NCBI GenBank assembly: GCA_025350905.1
Contig: JANXWY010000096.1
Location: 1,919 to 65,918, forward strand
Origin: Verrucomicrobiota bacterium
GTDB lineage: Bacteria; Verrucomicrobiota; Verrucomicrobiia; Limisphaerales; JADLHS01
Reading direction: 5' to 3'
Length of the DNA: 64,000 bases
The stretch's first letter is position 1, and every line of letters begins with the position of its first letter. This document shows, in pieces, positions 35,687 to 45,460 of the stretch. Below the pieces are notes generated by a model. It saw only the letters and a list, made by a program, of their open reading frames with translations. It searched no databases and had not been told where the DNA came from. The translations under genes were made by a program, and so were the position numbers.

Positions 35687-35723
35687 TTGAAGCGCTGGGG
35701 CACTGGAAACATACTGGGGAACC

Positions 35724-36482
35724 ATGAACCTAAAGCGCCCGCTCACTCACGCTGATCTGCTGCAACTCAAACGCTGGAATGCACCCTCGATTTACAATGG
35801 TTGGGAACAAGTTACCCGACGCAATCCTGGTAGTGCCGGTTTCAATTTAGAGGCAACGTGCGACTTCATGCCGCAGATGGGGCCGATGATCGGTTATGCC
35901 GTCACGGTCGTGATCGAACCGAGCAACCCGCGTCATCGTTCCGCCAACCCCGCTGGTTGGCAGGAATATCGTCGCTACGTTGCCAGTGTCCCGGGACCGA
36001 AAATCGTGGTCGTGCAGGACCTCGACCACCCGCAGGTCGTGGGGGCGTTCTGGGGAGAGGTGAACAGCAACATGCATCGCGCGCTCGGTTGCGTGGGCAC
36101 CATAACGGACGGCGCGATCCGCGATGTCGATGAAATGACCAATGCGGGGTTCAAGGCGCTCGCGCGGCGGCTTTGTGTGGGCCATGCGTTTGCCCATCCG
36201 GTTCGCTGGAACTGCCCGGTACCGGTGTTTGGTCGCACCGTACACCCGGACGATTTGATTCATGCGGACAAACACGGGTTCCTAATCCTTGCGCCCGAGG
36301 AACAACCAGGTTTGCTCGACGCCGTGCGGTTCATGGACGCAAACGAGTGCGGCACGGTCATCGCCGCCGCGCGCGATACAGCGGGCCGGAGCGCAGAGGC
36401 GATTTGCGAGTCCCTCGACCGCGCTGCCGCCGAGTTTAGCCGGAACGTGAAAGCGAGGTACAAATCCGAGGGCGAGTGGTGA
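35724..36482 (+). CDS. RraA-family protein (RNase E regulator / HMG-aldolase-like fold)
   Basis: 'VVVQDLDHPQVVGAFWGEVNSNMHRALGCVGTITDGAIRDVDEM' matches the RraA-like core. Confidence 0.75.
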   Translation: MNLKRPLTHADLLQLKRWNAPSIYNGWEQVTRRNPGSAGFNLEATCDFMPQMGPMIGYAVTVVIEPSNPRHRSANPAGWQEYRRYVASVPGPKIVVVQDLDHPQVVGAFWGEVNSNMHRALGCVGTITDGAIRDVDEMTNAGFKALARRLCVGHAFAHPVRWNCPVPVFGRTVHPDDLIHADKHGFLILAPEEQPGLLDAVRFMDANECGTVIAAARDTAGRSAEAICESLDRAAAEFSRNVKARYKSEGEW

Positions 36483-36815
36483 GGCGGACATTCAATGACC
36501 ATGTGCCCTGTAATGGGTGGTGCGCTGCGAGTGAATCGGAGAGGAGCGTTGGCTTTTTGATTTCCTCGCACCGAGCATATTGGCGCGCTCGGTAAAATGG
36601 ATTCCGGCGGTGCTGGCGATGGTGGATTGCAGGCTGCCTTGGTTGCGGGTCGGGAAGGATTTTGCTGCCTGGGATAACGGGGCCGGGAAATCAGTTGCTT
36701 GCCCCCGAATGGGCCGGAGAATTGTCCGTCCGCTGAGTTTTGTTTGAATGGAATCCCCAGTTTTCGGTCTGACTTTGTGACGGAGCAGAAATCAATCATT
36801 AACAACGAACGAACT

Positions 36816-37061
36816 ATGAAGAAATTTATCTTGGCAATGACTGTGGCGGGACTCACCGTCGGCGCCTATGCCGGCGACAAGGCCTCCACCAAAGACAAGG
36901 CCGCTTGTGCGGGCACGGACAAAGCTTGCTGTGGCGAAAAGGCAACCGCGGGTTGTCCGGCGAACAAAGGGAAATGCCCGGCCACGGGTCAATCGGCAAA
37001 GCAGCAGGCCAATATTAAAGCCGTCCAAAGTCCCAAAGGGGCGGATGCCAACAAATCCTGA
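36816..37061 (+). CDS. Small secreted Cys/Lys-rich protein (hypothetical)
   Basis: ATG at 36816. Signal peptide 'MKKFILAMTVAGLTVGAYA'. 'CAGTDKACCGEKATAGCPANKGKCP'. A strong terminator follows. Confidence 0.55.
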   Translation: MKKFILAMTVAGLTVGAYAGDKASTKDKAACAGTDKACCGEKATAGCPANKGKCPATGQSAKQQANIKAVQSPKGADANKS

Positions 37062-37080
37062 CTGCGACGGTTACGAATGC

Positions 37081-37108
37081 ACCCCGCGTCAATTGGCGCG
37101 GGGTTTTT
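37081..37108 (+). terminator. Rho-independent terminator
   Basis: accccgcg-tcaattgg-cgcggggt followed by tttt, 20 nt after the stop at 37061. Confidence 0.8.
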
Positions 37109-37251
37109 CATGATCACTACCCGATGGCGCCAGGCTGACTTTTGTCCGGCGGCCAGAGGATAATCGCTATCCCTATTCCGATCCAGGTTCGCAATATCAA
37201 CCCGCAGCGCGGCGCTTGTGAGCCCGTTCCAAAACGCGCATCTTTGGCGGC

Positions 37252-37950
37252 ATGAGCAGCCACCGGCGAAAGCCCAACGCTTTCCTCCGCCCAGCGGCAA
37301 CCGAAAAATCCGCCCCCCTAACTCGGGCGAGAAATCGCTGTCCGCAGCTTGGGGCCTATCCAGCCCCACCTCCGGCTTTGCATCAACCCCGTGGCTGGCT
37401 CTGGCTGGCTCTCGGGCGCGCCTATCTGCGGTTGGCGGGTTGGCGGATCGAGGGTGCGTTCCCAACCAATCCCAAGTTCGTTGCCATCGTGGCTCCGCAC
37501 ACTTCGAACTGGGATTTCCCGTTGGGGGTGGCAGTGTTCTTTGCGCTCGAGCTGCGCGTCTCCTGGCTCGCCAAGCATTCCATGTTTCGAGCGCCCTTCA
37601 ACCAAACCCTTCGATGGTTGGGTGGCATCCCGGTCAATCGCAATGCCAGTCATCGCGTGGTGGGAGAATGCGTGCGGGCGTTCGCGGCGGCCCCCGCCCT
37701 CATGCTGGCCCTGGCGCCGGAAGGGACGCGGAAAGGCGTGAGCCAGTGGAAATCCGGCTTTTATCGGATCGCAGCACAGGCCGGCGTACCGATCATGCCG
37801 GTGGGGTTTGATTACCGGGAGCATGTCGTCCGGTTGATGCCGGTGTTCCAGCCGAGTGGGAATCTGGAGCAAGACCTGCCGCTCATCCAGGCACAGTTCC
37901 GGGATACGCACGGTTGTCGGGAACGTCCCGTACCAGCCGCGCAGGATTGA
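37252..37950 (+). CDS. Lysophospholipid (1-acyl-sn-glycerol-3-phosphate) acyltransferase family protein
   Basis: HX4D box 'APHTSNWDF' and 'LALAPEGTRKG'. The true start is uncertain because the N-terminal ~40 aa of the ORF are low complexity. Confidence 0.75.
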   Translation: MSSHRRKPNAFLRPAATEKSAPLTRARNRCPQLGAYPAPPPALHQPRGWLWLALGRAYLRLAGWRIEGAFPTNPKFVAIVAPHTSNWDFPLGVAVFFALELRVSWLAKHSMFRAPFNQTLRWLGGIPVNRNASHRVVGECVRAFAAAPALMLALAPEGTRKGVSQWKSGFYRIAAQAGVPIMPVGFDYREHVVRLMPVFQPSGNLEQDLPLIQAQFRDTHGCRERPVPAAQD

Positions 37951-38277
37951 TTGCCGGCCGGCGCCTTGAAGCGCTCATTTTCTCAACACTGATCGTGCCG
38001 ATGGAACGTGCGCTGTCGGCCCCGTTTGAGGAACGCCATCACCGCCTGCGGTTGTCATGGTTCCGCGCGCTTTTCCCCACCTGCTGCCGCGGCCAGCGGA
38101 ACCGCTGACTGTTTCAAAACGAAAGGCTAGGCAGCTGGCGCGCGGTTCAACAGTCGCGTCAACTCCCGTTTGCCGCATCTCATTGGTATCCCGGCTACCC
38201 GTTTCAGCCGCTCCATTAAGCCAAGGATTTGCTCCCGCGCGCGTCCCGGCCTGTCGGCGCGCTGGCTCATGGTAAGT

Positions 38278-38694
38278 TTATTGGTCGAGGGGTCGCCGCC
38301 GGGGACACTCGACGGCCTTGCCAATTGCTGCCAGGAGTGCCTTTTCCTCGAACGGCTTGAGGAACACGTCGAGGACGCCGCTTTGGATGGCGATGGCGCG
38401 CGTTTGCGGCGAGTCGTTGGCGGTGATGAACACCACGGGCATTTGGTGGCCCAAATCTGTCAGGCGGGTTTGAAGCTCGAGGCCGTTCATCTCTGGCATT
38501 TGCACATCGAGCACCAGGCAATGGGGCGATGAAGTCGCGATCGAGCCCAGAAATTCCGGCCCCGAGCTGAACGTCGCCACGGAATAACCAACCGAACGCA
38601 GCAGGCGGGCCACTGAATTCAGGACGGATTGATCGTCATCCACCACTGCGATTAGTGGTCTGGCCTCTGCCGTTTTAATTGAATGTCGTGCCAT
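38278..38694 (-). CDS. Single-domain response regulator (receiver only)
   Basis: 'IAVVDDDQSVLNSV', 'CLVLDVQMPEMNGLEL', 'VVFITAND', 'FLKPF'. Confidence 0.85.
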   Translation of the reverse strand: MARHSIKTAEARPLIAVVDDDQSVLNSVARLLRSVGYSVATFSSGPEFLGSIATSSPHCLVLDVQMPEMNGLELQTRLTDLGHQMPVVFITANDSPQTRAIAIQSGVLDVFLKPFEEKALLAAIGKAVECPRRRPLDQ

Positions 38695-38807
38695 GCTATA
38701 AACTCAGTTTCAATCCCGGCTCGCCTGCCGACAGGGTTTGAAGTGCGACACCATCTCAGCTTTGACCCGGCTCGAATATGGGACCTTAGTCTTATGCGGA
38801 ATCCTGG

Positions 38808-39428
38808 CTAGCTGCCGAGGGACGCTACTCGTTCCGCGGCCCGCACCAACTCGGCGACCGACTGTACTTGCATCTTTTGCATGACGCGCGCGCGATGAAC
38901 CTTTACCGTTTTCTCGGCCGCGCCGAGTTCGGCGGCGATCTCCTTGTTCATCCGCCCTTTCACTACGAGGCCTAGTACTTCGCGCTCGCGCGGGGTAAGC
39001 GTTTGATGGCGACGTTGAATTTCGGAATGTTCCGTTTGCGCGGCTTTGAAATATTCGTCCTTTTCGATGGCGGTCTTAATCGCGCCGAGCAGTTCTTTGT
39101 CATTAAACGGCTTTATCAAGAAATCCACGGCGCCGCTCTTCATGGCTCTTACGCTCATTTGGATGTCTCCGTGTCCGGTAATGAAGACAATTGGGGTCTG
39201 AATATTCCGGCCAGTCAGCTCGGCTTGCAGTTCCAGGCCGTTTAGTCCGGGCATGCGGACATCGAGGACGATGCATCCCGGGCCTTCGGGCGGCGCCTGA
39301 TCCAAAAGTTCCTGGGCGGAAGCAAAGGTCTTGGTCTGGAGGCCGACCGACTGGATGAGACGGGCCAAGGCCTTGCGCACACTGGCGTCGTCATCTACTA
39401 CAAAAACTGTAGCCGCTCCATTCTTCAT
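38808..39428 (-). CDS. Response regulator, NarL/FixJ (LuxR HTH) family
   Basis: ATG at 39428 forms an ATGA overlap with the kinase stop. 'VFVVDDDASVRKAL', 'CIVLDVRMPGLNGLEL', HTH 'LTPREREVLGLVVKGRMNKEIAAELGAAEKTVKVHRARVMQKM'. Confidence 0.9.
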   Translation of the reverse strand: MKNGAATVFVVDDDASVRKALARLIQSVGLQTKTFASAQELLDQAPPEGPGCIVLDVRMPGLNGLELQAELTGRNIQTPIVFITGHGDIQMSVRAMKSGAVDFLIKPFNDKELLGAIKTAIEKDEYFKAAQTEHSEIQRRHQTLTPREREVLGLVVKGRMNKEIAAELGAAEKTVKVHRARVMQKMQVQSVAELVRAAERVASLGS

Positions 39429-40888
39429 ACGGTTTCTTTCTGATGGATGGGGAGCATGAGATGAAAGGTGGCGCCTCGATCCCGGTTGTTCACCGCCCAC
39501 AGGCGGCCGCCGTGCGCTTCGATGATTGAATGGCAAATCGTCAGTCCCATGCCCATGCCGGTTGGCTTGGTGGTGAAGAACGGCTCGAACAACCGGCTGA
39601 GTTGTGCGGGCGGGATGCCGCTCCCGCAATCTTGGAAATCAGCCTGGATTCCCATCGATTTCTCGAGCTTCGTGCAAAGGCGTAGCCGACGTCGATGAGG
39701 CGGAAGGTCGGTCATGGCTTCCAGGGCATTGAGGATCAGATTGAGCACGACCTGCTGGAGTTCAATGCGGTCGCCCTGCAACCCAGGGAGTTCGGGCGCC
39801 AGCTCCAGCTGAACCGAAACTCCGTTCAACACCAACTCACTTCGCAACAATCCCAACGTCCCCTCAATCACTTCATTGAAATTGACGACACTTCTTTGCT
39901 GGCTGGTCTTGGTGAAGAGGGCCCGGAGTTGTCGGATCACGCCGCCTGCGCGTTGACTGTCGTGCCAGATTTCCTTGAGCGCTTGCTGTACTTCATTGAG
40001 TTCCGGCTTATCGAAGGCTAGAAACCGCTCCGCGGCTTGCGCATTGCAAGAAATCGCGGTCAGGGGTTGATTCAGCTCGTGGGCTAGGGAGGCGGCGAGC
40101 TGGCCGGCGGTGGTGACCCGCGTCACATGGGAAAGTTCCCGCCGCAACTGCTGGGTTTGCAGTTCCTTTATTTTTCGGTCGGTGACGTCACGGTTACTGG
40201 CCCGGACCCCAAGGAATATTCCGTTTTCCCCGAGCACGGGTTGGCTGGTATGTTCCACCCAACGAATGTCGCCGTCTTTTCGGCGGATGCGAAATTCGGC
40301 AATTTTGGCTTCGCGGGCGGCGAGTGCTCCGTGGTGGTGATCCCGCCAAAGGTCCGCATCTTCCGGATGAATGATCTGCTCCTGGAGTTTTGGGTCCGCG
40401 ATGAACTCTGGCGCGGAATAGCCCGTGATCCGTTCGCAGGAAGGGGAGCAATAGCGTAGGGCGTGCTCCGGAGTTTCCCAGTACTCCCAATCGTAGGTGA
40501 AATTCGCCACCGTGCGGTAACGCAATTCCGCCTCGACCAATTCCCCTTCGGCGGTGCGGCGGACCGCAATCTCCCGCCGCAATTGCTCATTGGTCAGTAG
40601 CAGTTCCTCCTCCGTGCGCCGGCGTTCCCGGATGTGGTGGTGCAACGGACGGAGCACAAGGAAGTAGCCGGCCGGGGATGCCAGCAGCAGCATCAGCGCG
40701 GCATCCGCCACATTATACACCCACGGTTTGAGTTCTGGCAGATAGGGCAAGCAGATCATCACCACGAATTCCGCCAAAAAAAGTGAGCCGCCCAAAATGA
40801 CAAAACCGCGCCACGGCGACGGAAAATTTTCCCGGCCTGGGTCCGCGGGGGCCTTCAACTGGCTTGCGGCGGATTCCTTGACGCGCAT
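39425..40888 (-). CDS. Membrane-bound PAS-domain sensor histidine kinase
   Basis: Two TM helices, a coiled coil, PAS ('YDWEYWETPEHALRYCSPSCERITGY'), H-box 'LAHELNQPLTAI', N/G boxes 'LNLILNALEAM', 'DCGSGIP', 'GMGMGL'. Confidence 0.9.
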   Translation of the reverse strand: MRVKESAASQLKAPADPGRENFPSPWRGFVILGGSLFLAEFVVMICLPYLPELKPWVYNVADAALMLLLASPAGYFLVLRPLHHHIRERRRTEEELLLTNEQLRREIAVRRTAEGELVEAELRYRTVANFTYDWEYWETPEHALRYCSPSCERITGYSAPEFIADPKLQEQIIHPEDADLWRDHHHGALAAREAKIAEFRIRRKDGDIRWVEHTSQPVLGENGIFLGVRASNRDVTDRKIKELQTQQLRRELSHVTRVTTAGQLAASLAHELNQPLTAISCNAQAAERFLAFDKPELNEVQQALKEIWHDSQRAGGVIRQLRALFTKTSQQRSVVNFNEVIEGTLGLLRSELVLNGVSVQLELAPELPGLQGDRIELQQVVLNLILNALEAMTDLPPHRRRLRLCTKLEKSMGIQADFQDCGSGIPPAQLSRLFEPFFTTKPTGMGMGLTICHSIIEAHGGRLWAVNNRDRGATFHLMLPIHQKETV

Positions 40889-41560
40889 ACGGTGGCTCCA
40901 GGCAGAGGGGCTGCCGGCTCAGTGCCTGCGGCGCACCGCTGCCGGTCCCCAGGTGCAGGGCTCGGTGGATGGGGGGCTTTGAGGCGGCCTCACGAGGTCC
41001 CGGTCCCGGTGCGGTCGCGCCAAAACTCCCGACACGCATCCGGCGGCTGGCTGGACCACCGGTGAAGAATAAGTAGTGAACATTCGCGTAAAGTCCGAGG
41101 CCACCTTCCCCCCCGCCGGCGGCCACCATCCTTATTGGTGTTGCATTGTTGCAGCAGGCGTCAAAAAATCAATTGCTCCGTTGTCAGAATAACTACGTAG
41201 CCGCGGCGTAATTACTACTGAGCAGCTCCGCGATTGAGTGACTGGGCACGAGTAATCCGGGGACGGATAACCCGGCTTACGCTTTGCGCCGCAAAAAACC
41301 TTGCGGGTTCCTGCTCCCCAGGGAGCACGCAATTTCCCGCCCGCTGCGGCCGCCCAAAACCGTCCGCTCCGTGTCCGTAAAACTACACAGCTTTTCCCTG
41401 ATTGCTACGTGAGGCTTAGGTTGTACGCCCAAGGTCCGATAGGCGGACGCGCGCTCTTGCGCTAAAAATATCACCCAGAAAAGTCGTACCAGTGGGAAGC
41501 AATAAATTAACAAGACCGTCGCATTAAACCGCAGATGAATGGAACTGACAGTAATACGTT

Positions 41561-44500
41561 ATGAAAACAAAAAACATATTCAAGTGGGCGAGCCTAGCCG
41601 CCATGGCCGTGTCCTTGGGAATCGCGCCGGGCCGCGCGCAATACATCCCGCCGCCACAATTGGCGCCGGGGGTCGACTATACCATCCCCAATTACGCCAA
41701 CAGCCCCCTCCTCACCAAGTTTGTAGACTCGCTGCCGGGCTTGGGGGCATCGGGGGCGAACAACCTCGGCAACTACATACCGGTCGCGGTCCCTGACACC
41801 ACCGCGTATCCGGGATCGGATTATTATGAAATCGCGCTGGTGGATTACACGCAGCAACTCCATTCGGAGTTGGGGCCGACCAAGCTGCGCGGTTATGTGC
41901 AGGTGGAGACACCGGCGGTGTTGGCGGCGATGGCGGCTGCGGTGCCGCCACAGATTAGCGTACACTTTGACCTCGGGGGTGGTCTCTTTGGCGTGGACAA
42001 GCCCCGCTACCTGGGCCCGACAATCGTCGCCACCAAGGACCAAGCGACGCGGATCAAGTTCTACAACTTACTCCCGCCGGGCACCGCGGGTGATCTGTTC
42101 ATTCCCGCGGACGTTTCCGTCATGGGAGCGGGGACGGGCCCCGATGGCACCGCCTACACGCAGAACCGCGCCACGCTCCACCTGCACGGCGGCGACAACC
42201 CGTGGATCAGCGACGGCACCGCGCATCAGTGGATCACCCCGAGCGGTGAAGCCGCTTCGTTGAAAAAGGGCGTGAGCCAGCAAAACGTACCGGACATGCC
42301 GATACCGTCCGCCGGATCGGCGACCTTCTACTGGCCCAATGGGCAAAGCGGCCGATTGATGTTCTATCATGATCACGCCTTCGGCATTACCCGACTCAAC
42401 GTCTATGCCGGCGAAGCCGCTGGTTACCTCCTGGTCGATCCGAATGAACGCACGCTAACAGCAGATTATGCTCCGGGCGGTGAAATCCCGCTGGTCATCC
42501 AGGACAAGACTTTTGTATGGGGTAGCAGTACCGCTCCGGCTACGGGCACCTTCGCCACCGATCCGCTCTGGGCTTCCAATCCCAAATGGGGCCAGACAAT
42601 CGGCAGCCTTTGGTTCCCGCATGTGTACATGCCGAATCAGAATCCAAATGACCTGAGCGGCGCGAATCCGATGGGCCGCGTGGATTACGGTGCCTGGTTT
42701 TGGCCCGTCTTCCCATCCTTGGTTCCGCCGGCGACCTCCATCGTGCCGGAAGGCTTCATGGACACCCCGGTCATCAACGGCACGGCTTATCCCTACCTAA
42801 ATGTGGATCCGAAGGCGTACCGGTTCCGCATCCTCAACGCGTGCAACGACCGGTTTGTAAACCTGCAGCTTTATGTTGCCAGCAGCATCATCAGCGGCAT
42901 CACGGTCAACCCCGTTGGCGCCGTGGGCACCTATACCGTTCCACCCCGGGTCACCATCACGCCCGCGGCCGGCGATACGACCGGCTATGGCGCGACGGCT
43001 GTTGCCACGCTCGACGCGACTGTAGGCAGCCCAACATTTGGCCAGGTTACCGCGGTCAATCTGACGATCGTCGGCAGCGGCTACACTCTTCCTCCCATCG
43101 TCACCATCGCGCCACCCCCCTCCGTCTCGGGTACCAGTCAAGCTGCCACGGCTACGGCCACTCTTTACAGCAGCCCGACAGAAGTCGGCATGGTCCAGGC
43201 GGACATCAACTCGCCGTATACGTCCTGGCCGGTTGGCTGGACGGTGCAGACACCGGGGATGATTCCCGACATCATTGACAACCGGCCCGGCGGCCTGCCT
43301 GACCCCAGAAACATTGGGCCGAGCTTTATCCAGATTGGCACCGAAGGCGGCCTGCTGCCCGCCCCCGCCGTGCTCCAAAACACACCGGTCGGCTATGTGC
43401 AAAACAAGCGCGACATCACGGTCGGGAGTATCGGACCGAATGAACACACGCTCCTGCTGGGGTGTGCCGAGCGGGGCGACGTGATCATTGACTTCTCCCA
43501 GTTCGCCGGCAAGACGCTCATCCTTTACAGTGACGCGCCCGCCCCGGTTCCGGCCGGCGATCCGCGCAACGATTACTACACGGGCGACTCGGACCTGACC
43601 AGCCAAGGCGGTGCCGTTTCGACGCTGGCGGGCAAAGGCCCCAATACCCGGACGCTCATGCAGATCCGCGTGAGTGGCACGGCCAACGGGACCGCCCTCG
43701 ATCAGGCCGCTTTGACCGCCGCCGTGACGGCACAATATACTGCCGCCAACGGGCTGCCGGCGCCCATCGTCCCGCGTGGTTCCACACCCGGAGTCAACGT
43801 GTCGCGAATCTCGGACACTTCCCTGACGGTCAACGGTATCACCAAGCCAATGCTCTCGAAGACGATCCAAGAGTTGTTCGATCCTTATGGCCGCATGAAC
43901 GCCACGCTGGGAGTCGAAATTCCCTTCACCACGGCGACCATTCAGACGACCATCCCGTACGGATTCGCCGACCCGGCGACGGAGGTCATTCCGGATGGCG
44001 TGACTCAGCTCTGGAAGATTACCCACAACGGCGTGGATACGCATGCGATTCATTTCCACCTGTTCAATGTGCAGTTGGTCAATCGCGTGGGTTGGGATGG
44101 CGCCATCCGGCTCCCGGAAGCCAACGAACTGGGCTGGAAAGATACCGTTCGCATGAACCCGCTCGAAGATGTGGTGGTCGCGTTGACGGCCAAGACTCCG
44201 ACGGTCCCGTTTGCGCAGCCGGACAACATTCGGCCGCTGGATCCGACGCAGCCGGCGACCTTTTCGTTCACGGGCGTGGTGGACCCGGCCGGACTTCCGG
44301 TTGCGGCTTACCCAAACAGTTCAGTCAACTTCGGCAACGAGTACACCTGGCACTGTCACTTGTTGGGCCACGAAGAGAACGACATGATGCGGCCGATCAT
44401 GGTGGCGGTCGCGCCGACAACGGGCCCCACTCTGACCGCCATGTTGTCAGGTAATGGTGCTAACAAAAGGGCAACCCTGACGTGGACGACCTTACCGGGC

Positions 44501-45292
44501 GCCAATAATTATACGGTCCAGCGGGCCAGCGATTCTGCCTTCACTGTAAACCTGGTCACAACTCAGCTCGGCAACGTGCTGACCTACGCGGATACTATCG
44601 GTAACTCCACAGCGCCGCGCTACTATCGCGTGTTCGCCGTAAAATCGGTCGGCAGCGGCGTGGCTGGGTTCCCCAGTGTTAGTGCCAATTCACCGTTCTC
44701 CAATACGGCGGGCGTGCAGCTGCCCGCTCCGCCCGCGGCTCCGTCGCAACTGACCGGGACGATCCGGTCAGCGACACAGATCCGCTTGAACTGGAACGAC
44801 AACGCCAATAATGAGACTGGGTTCCAAGTCTGGCGCTCCGTGAACGGCGGCGCTGCCACACAGCTCACCGTGCTCGGGGCGAACACTGTGACCTACACCG
44901 ACGGCAGCGTGTCCGCGGGGAATACCTACACCTACCAGGTTAGGGCCATCAACGCAGCCGGGGCGTCAGCCTTCGCAGGTCCACTCACCCTGATCGTCGC
45001 GGTTCCCGCAGCTCCCAGCGGCTTGACCACAAGGGCCGTGAGAAATAACAACCGCGCCGATGTTACACTGCGCTGGACTGACAACTCGAATAACGAGAGC
45101 AGCTTCACACTTCAGCGCGCGACAGACCCGGCGTTTACGACCGGTGTGAACAACCAAACGCTCGGGGCCAACACGACCAACGTTACCCAAACCGGATTGA
45201 ACCGCGGAACGACATACTATTACCGGATCTTGGCCGGGAACGTCGTCGGGAATTCCGTCTGGTCAGCCGCCGTGATGGTTACCACACCATAA
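41561..45292 (+). CDS. Giant secreted multicopper oxidase with internal Ig-like repeats and three C-terminal fibronectin type III domains
   Basis: Signal peptide. Cu-site motifs 'HLHGGDNPW', 'YHDHAFG', 'HAIHFHLFN', 'WHCHLLGHEENDMM'. Three FN3-like units ('LTWTTLPGANNYTVQR', 'IRLNWNDNANNETGFQVWR', 'VTLRWTDNSNNESSFTLQR'). Confidence 0.85.
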   Translation: MKTKNIFKWASLAAMAVSLGIAPGRAQYIPPPQLAPGVDYTIPNYANSPLLTKFVDSLPGLGASGANNLGNYIPVAVPDTTAYPGSDYYEIALVDYTQQLHSELGPTKLRGYVQVETPAVLAAMAAAVPPQISVHFDLGGGLFGVDKPRYLGPTIVATKDQATRIKFYNLLPPGTAGDLFIPADVSVMGAGTGPDGTAYTQNRATLHLHGGDNPWISDGTAHQWITPSGEAASLKKGVSQQNVPDMPIPSAGSATFYWPNGQSGRLMFYHDHAFGITRLNVYAGEAAGYLLVDPNERTLTADYAPGGEIPLVIQDKTFVWGSSTAPATGTFATDPLWASNPKWGQTIGSLWFPHVYMPNQNPNDLSGANPMGRVDYGAWFWPVFPSLVPPATSIVPEGFMDTPVINGTAYPYLNVDPKAYRFRILNACNDRFVNLQLYVASSIISGITVNPVGAVGTYTVPPRVTITPAAGDTTGYGATAVATLDATVGSPTFGQVTAVNLTIVGSGYTLPPIVTIAPPPSVSGTSQAATATATLYSSPTEVGMVQADINSPYTSWPVGWTVQTPGMIPDIIDNRPGGLPDPRNIGPSFIQIGTEGGLLPAPAVLQNTPVGYVQNKRDITVGSIGPNEHTLLLGCAERGDVIIDFSQFAGKTLILYSDAPAPVPAGDPRNDYYTGDSDLTSQGGAVSTLAGKGPNTRTLMQIRVSGTANGTALDQAALTAAVTAQYTAANGLPAPIVPRGSTPGVNVSRISDTSLTVNGITKPMLSKTIQELFDPYGRMNATLGVEIPFTTATIQTTIPYGFADPATEVIPDGVTQLWKITHNGVDTHAIHFHLFNVQLVNRVGWDGAIRLPEANELGWKDTVRMNPLEDVVVALTAKTPTVPFAQPDNIRPLDPTQPATFSFTGVVDPAGLPVAAYPNSSVNFGNEYTWHCHLLGHEENDMMRPIMVAVAPTTGPTLTAMLSGNGANKRATLTWTTLPGANNYTVQRASDSAFTVNLVTTQLGNVLTYADTIGNSTAPRYYRVFAVKSVGSGVAGFPSVSANSPFSNTAGVQLPAPPAAPSQLTGTIRSATQIRLNWNDNANNETGFQVWRSVNGGAATQLTVLGANTVTYTDGSVSAGNTYTYQVRAINAAGASAFAGPLTLIVAVPAAPSGLTTRAVRNNNRADVTLRWTDNSNNESSFTLQRATDPAFTTGVNNQTLGANTTNVTQTGLNRGTTYYYRILAGNVVGNSVWSAAVMVTTP

Positions 45293-45312
45293 TTCAGTAG
45301 AACTCAAGAATT

Positions 45313-45336
45313 CGGGGAGGGAGGAATCCCTCCCCG
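45313..45336 (+). terminator. Stem-loop downstream of the multicopper oxidase gene (probable terminator)
   Basis: cggggaggga-ggaa-tccctccccg is a 10-bp perfect stem 21 nt after the stop. The T-tract is weak (attctcttt). The core resembles the GEG hairpin. Confidence 0.5.
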
Positions 45337-45460
45337 GATTCTCTTTCGATAAGACAGGGGTGGCAGTCCAGGAAGGACTGCACTTTCTAAACCAGTAAGA
45401 GTTTGCAGACACGAGTGATGGTAACCAGGCGATCGATTCAAGCCGAAAACTAATTCAACA

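Noticed and set aside
42797-44059. 420-aa minus-strand ORF inside the multicopper oxidase gene
   Set aside because: It is an antisense shadow ORF with no motifs. The plus frame carries all Cu-site motifs and a signal peptide.
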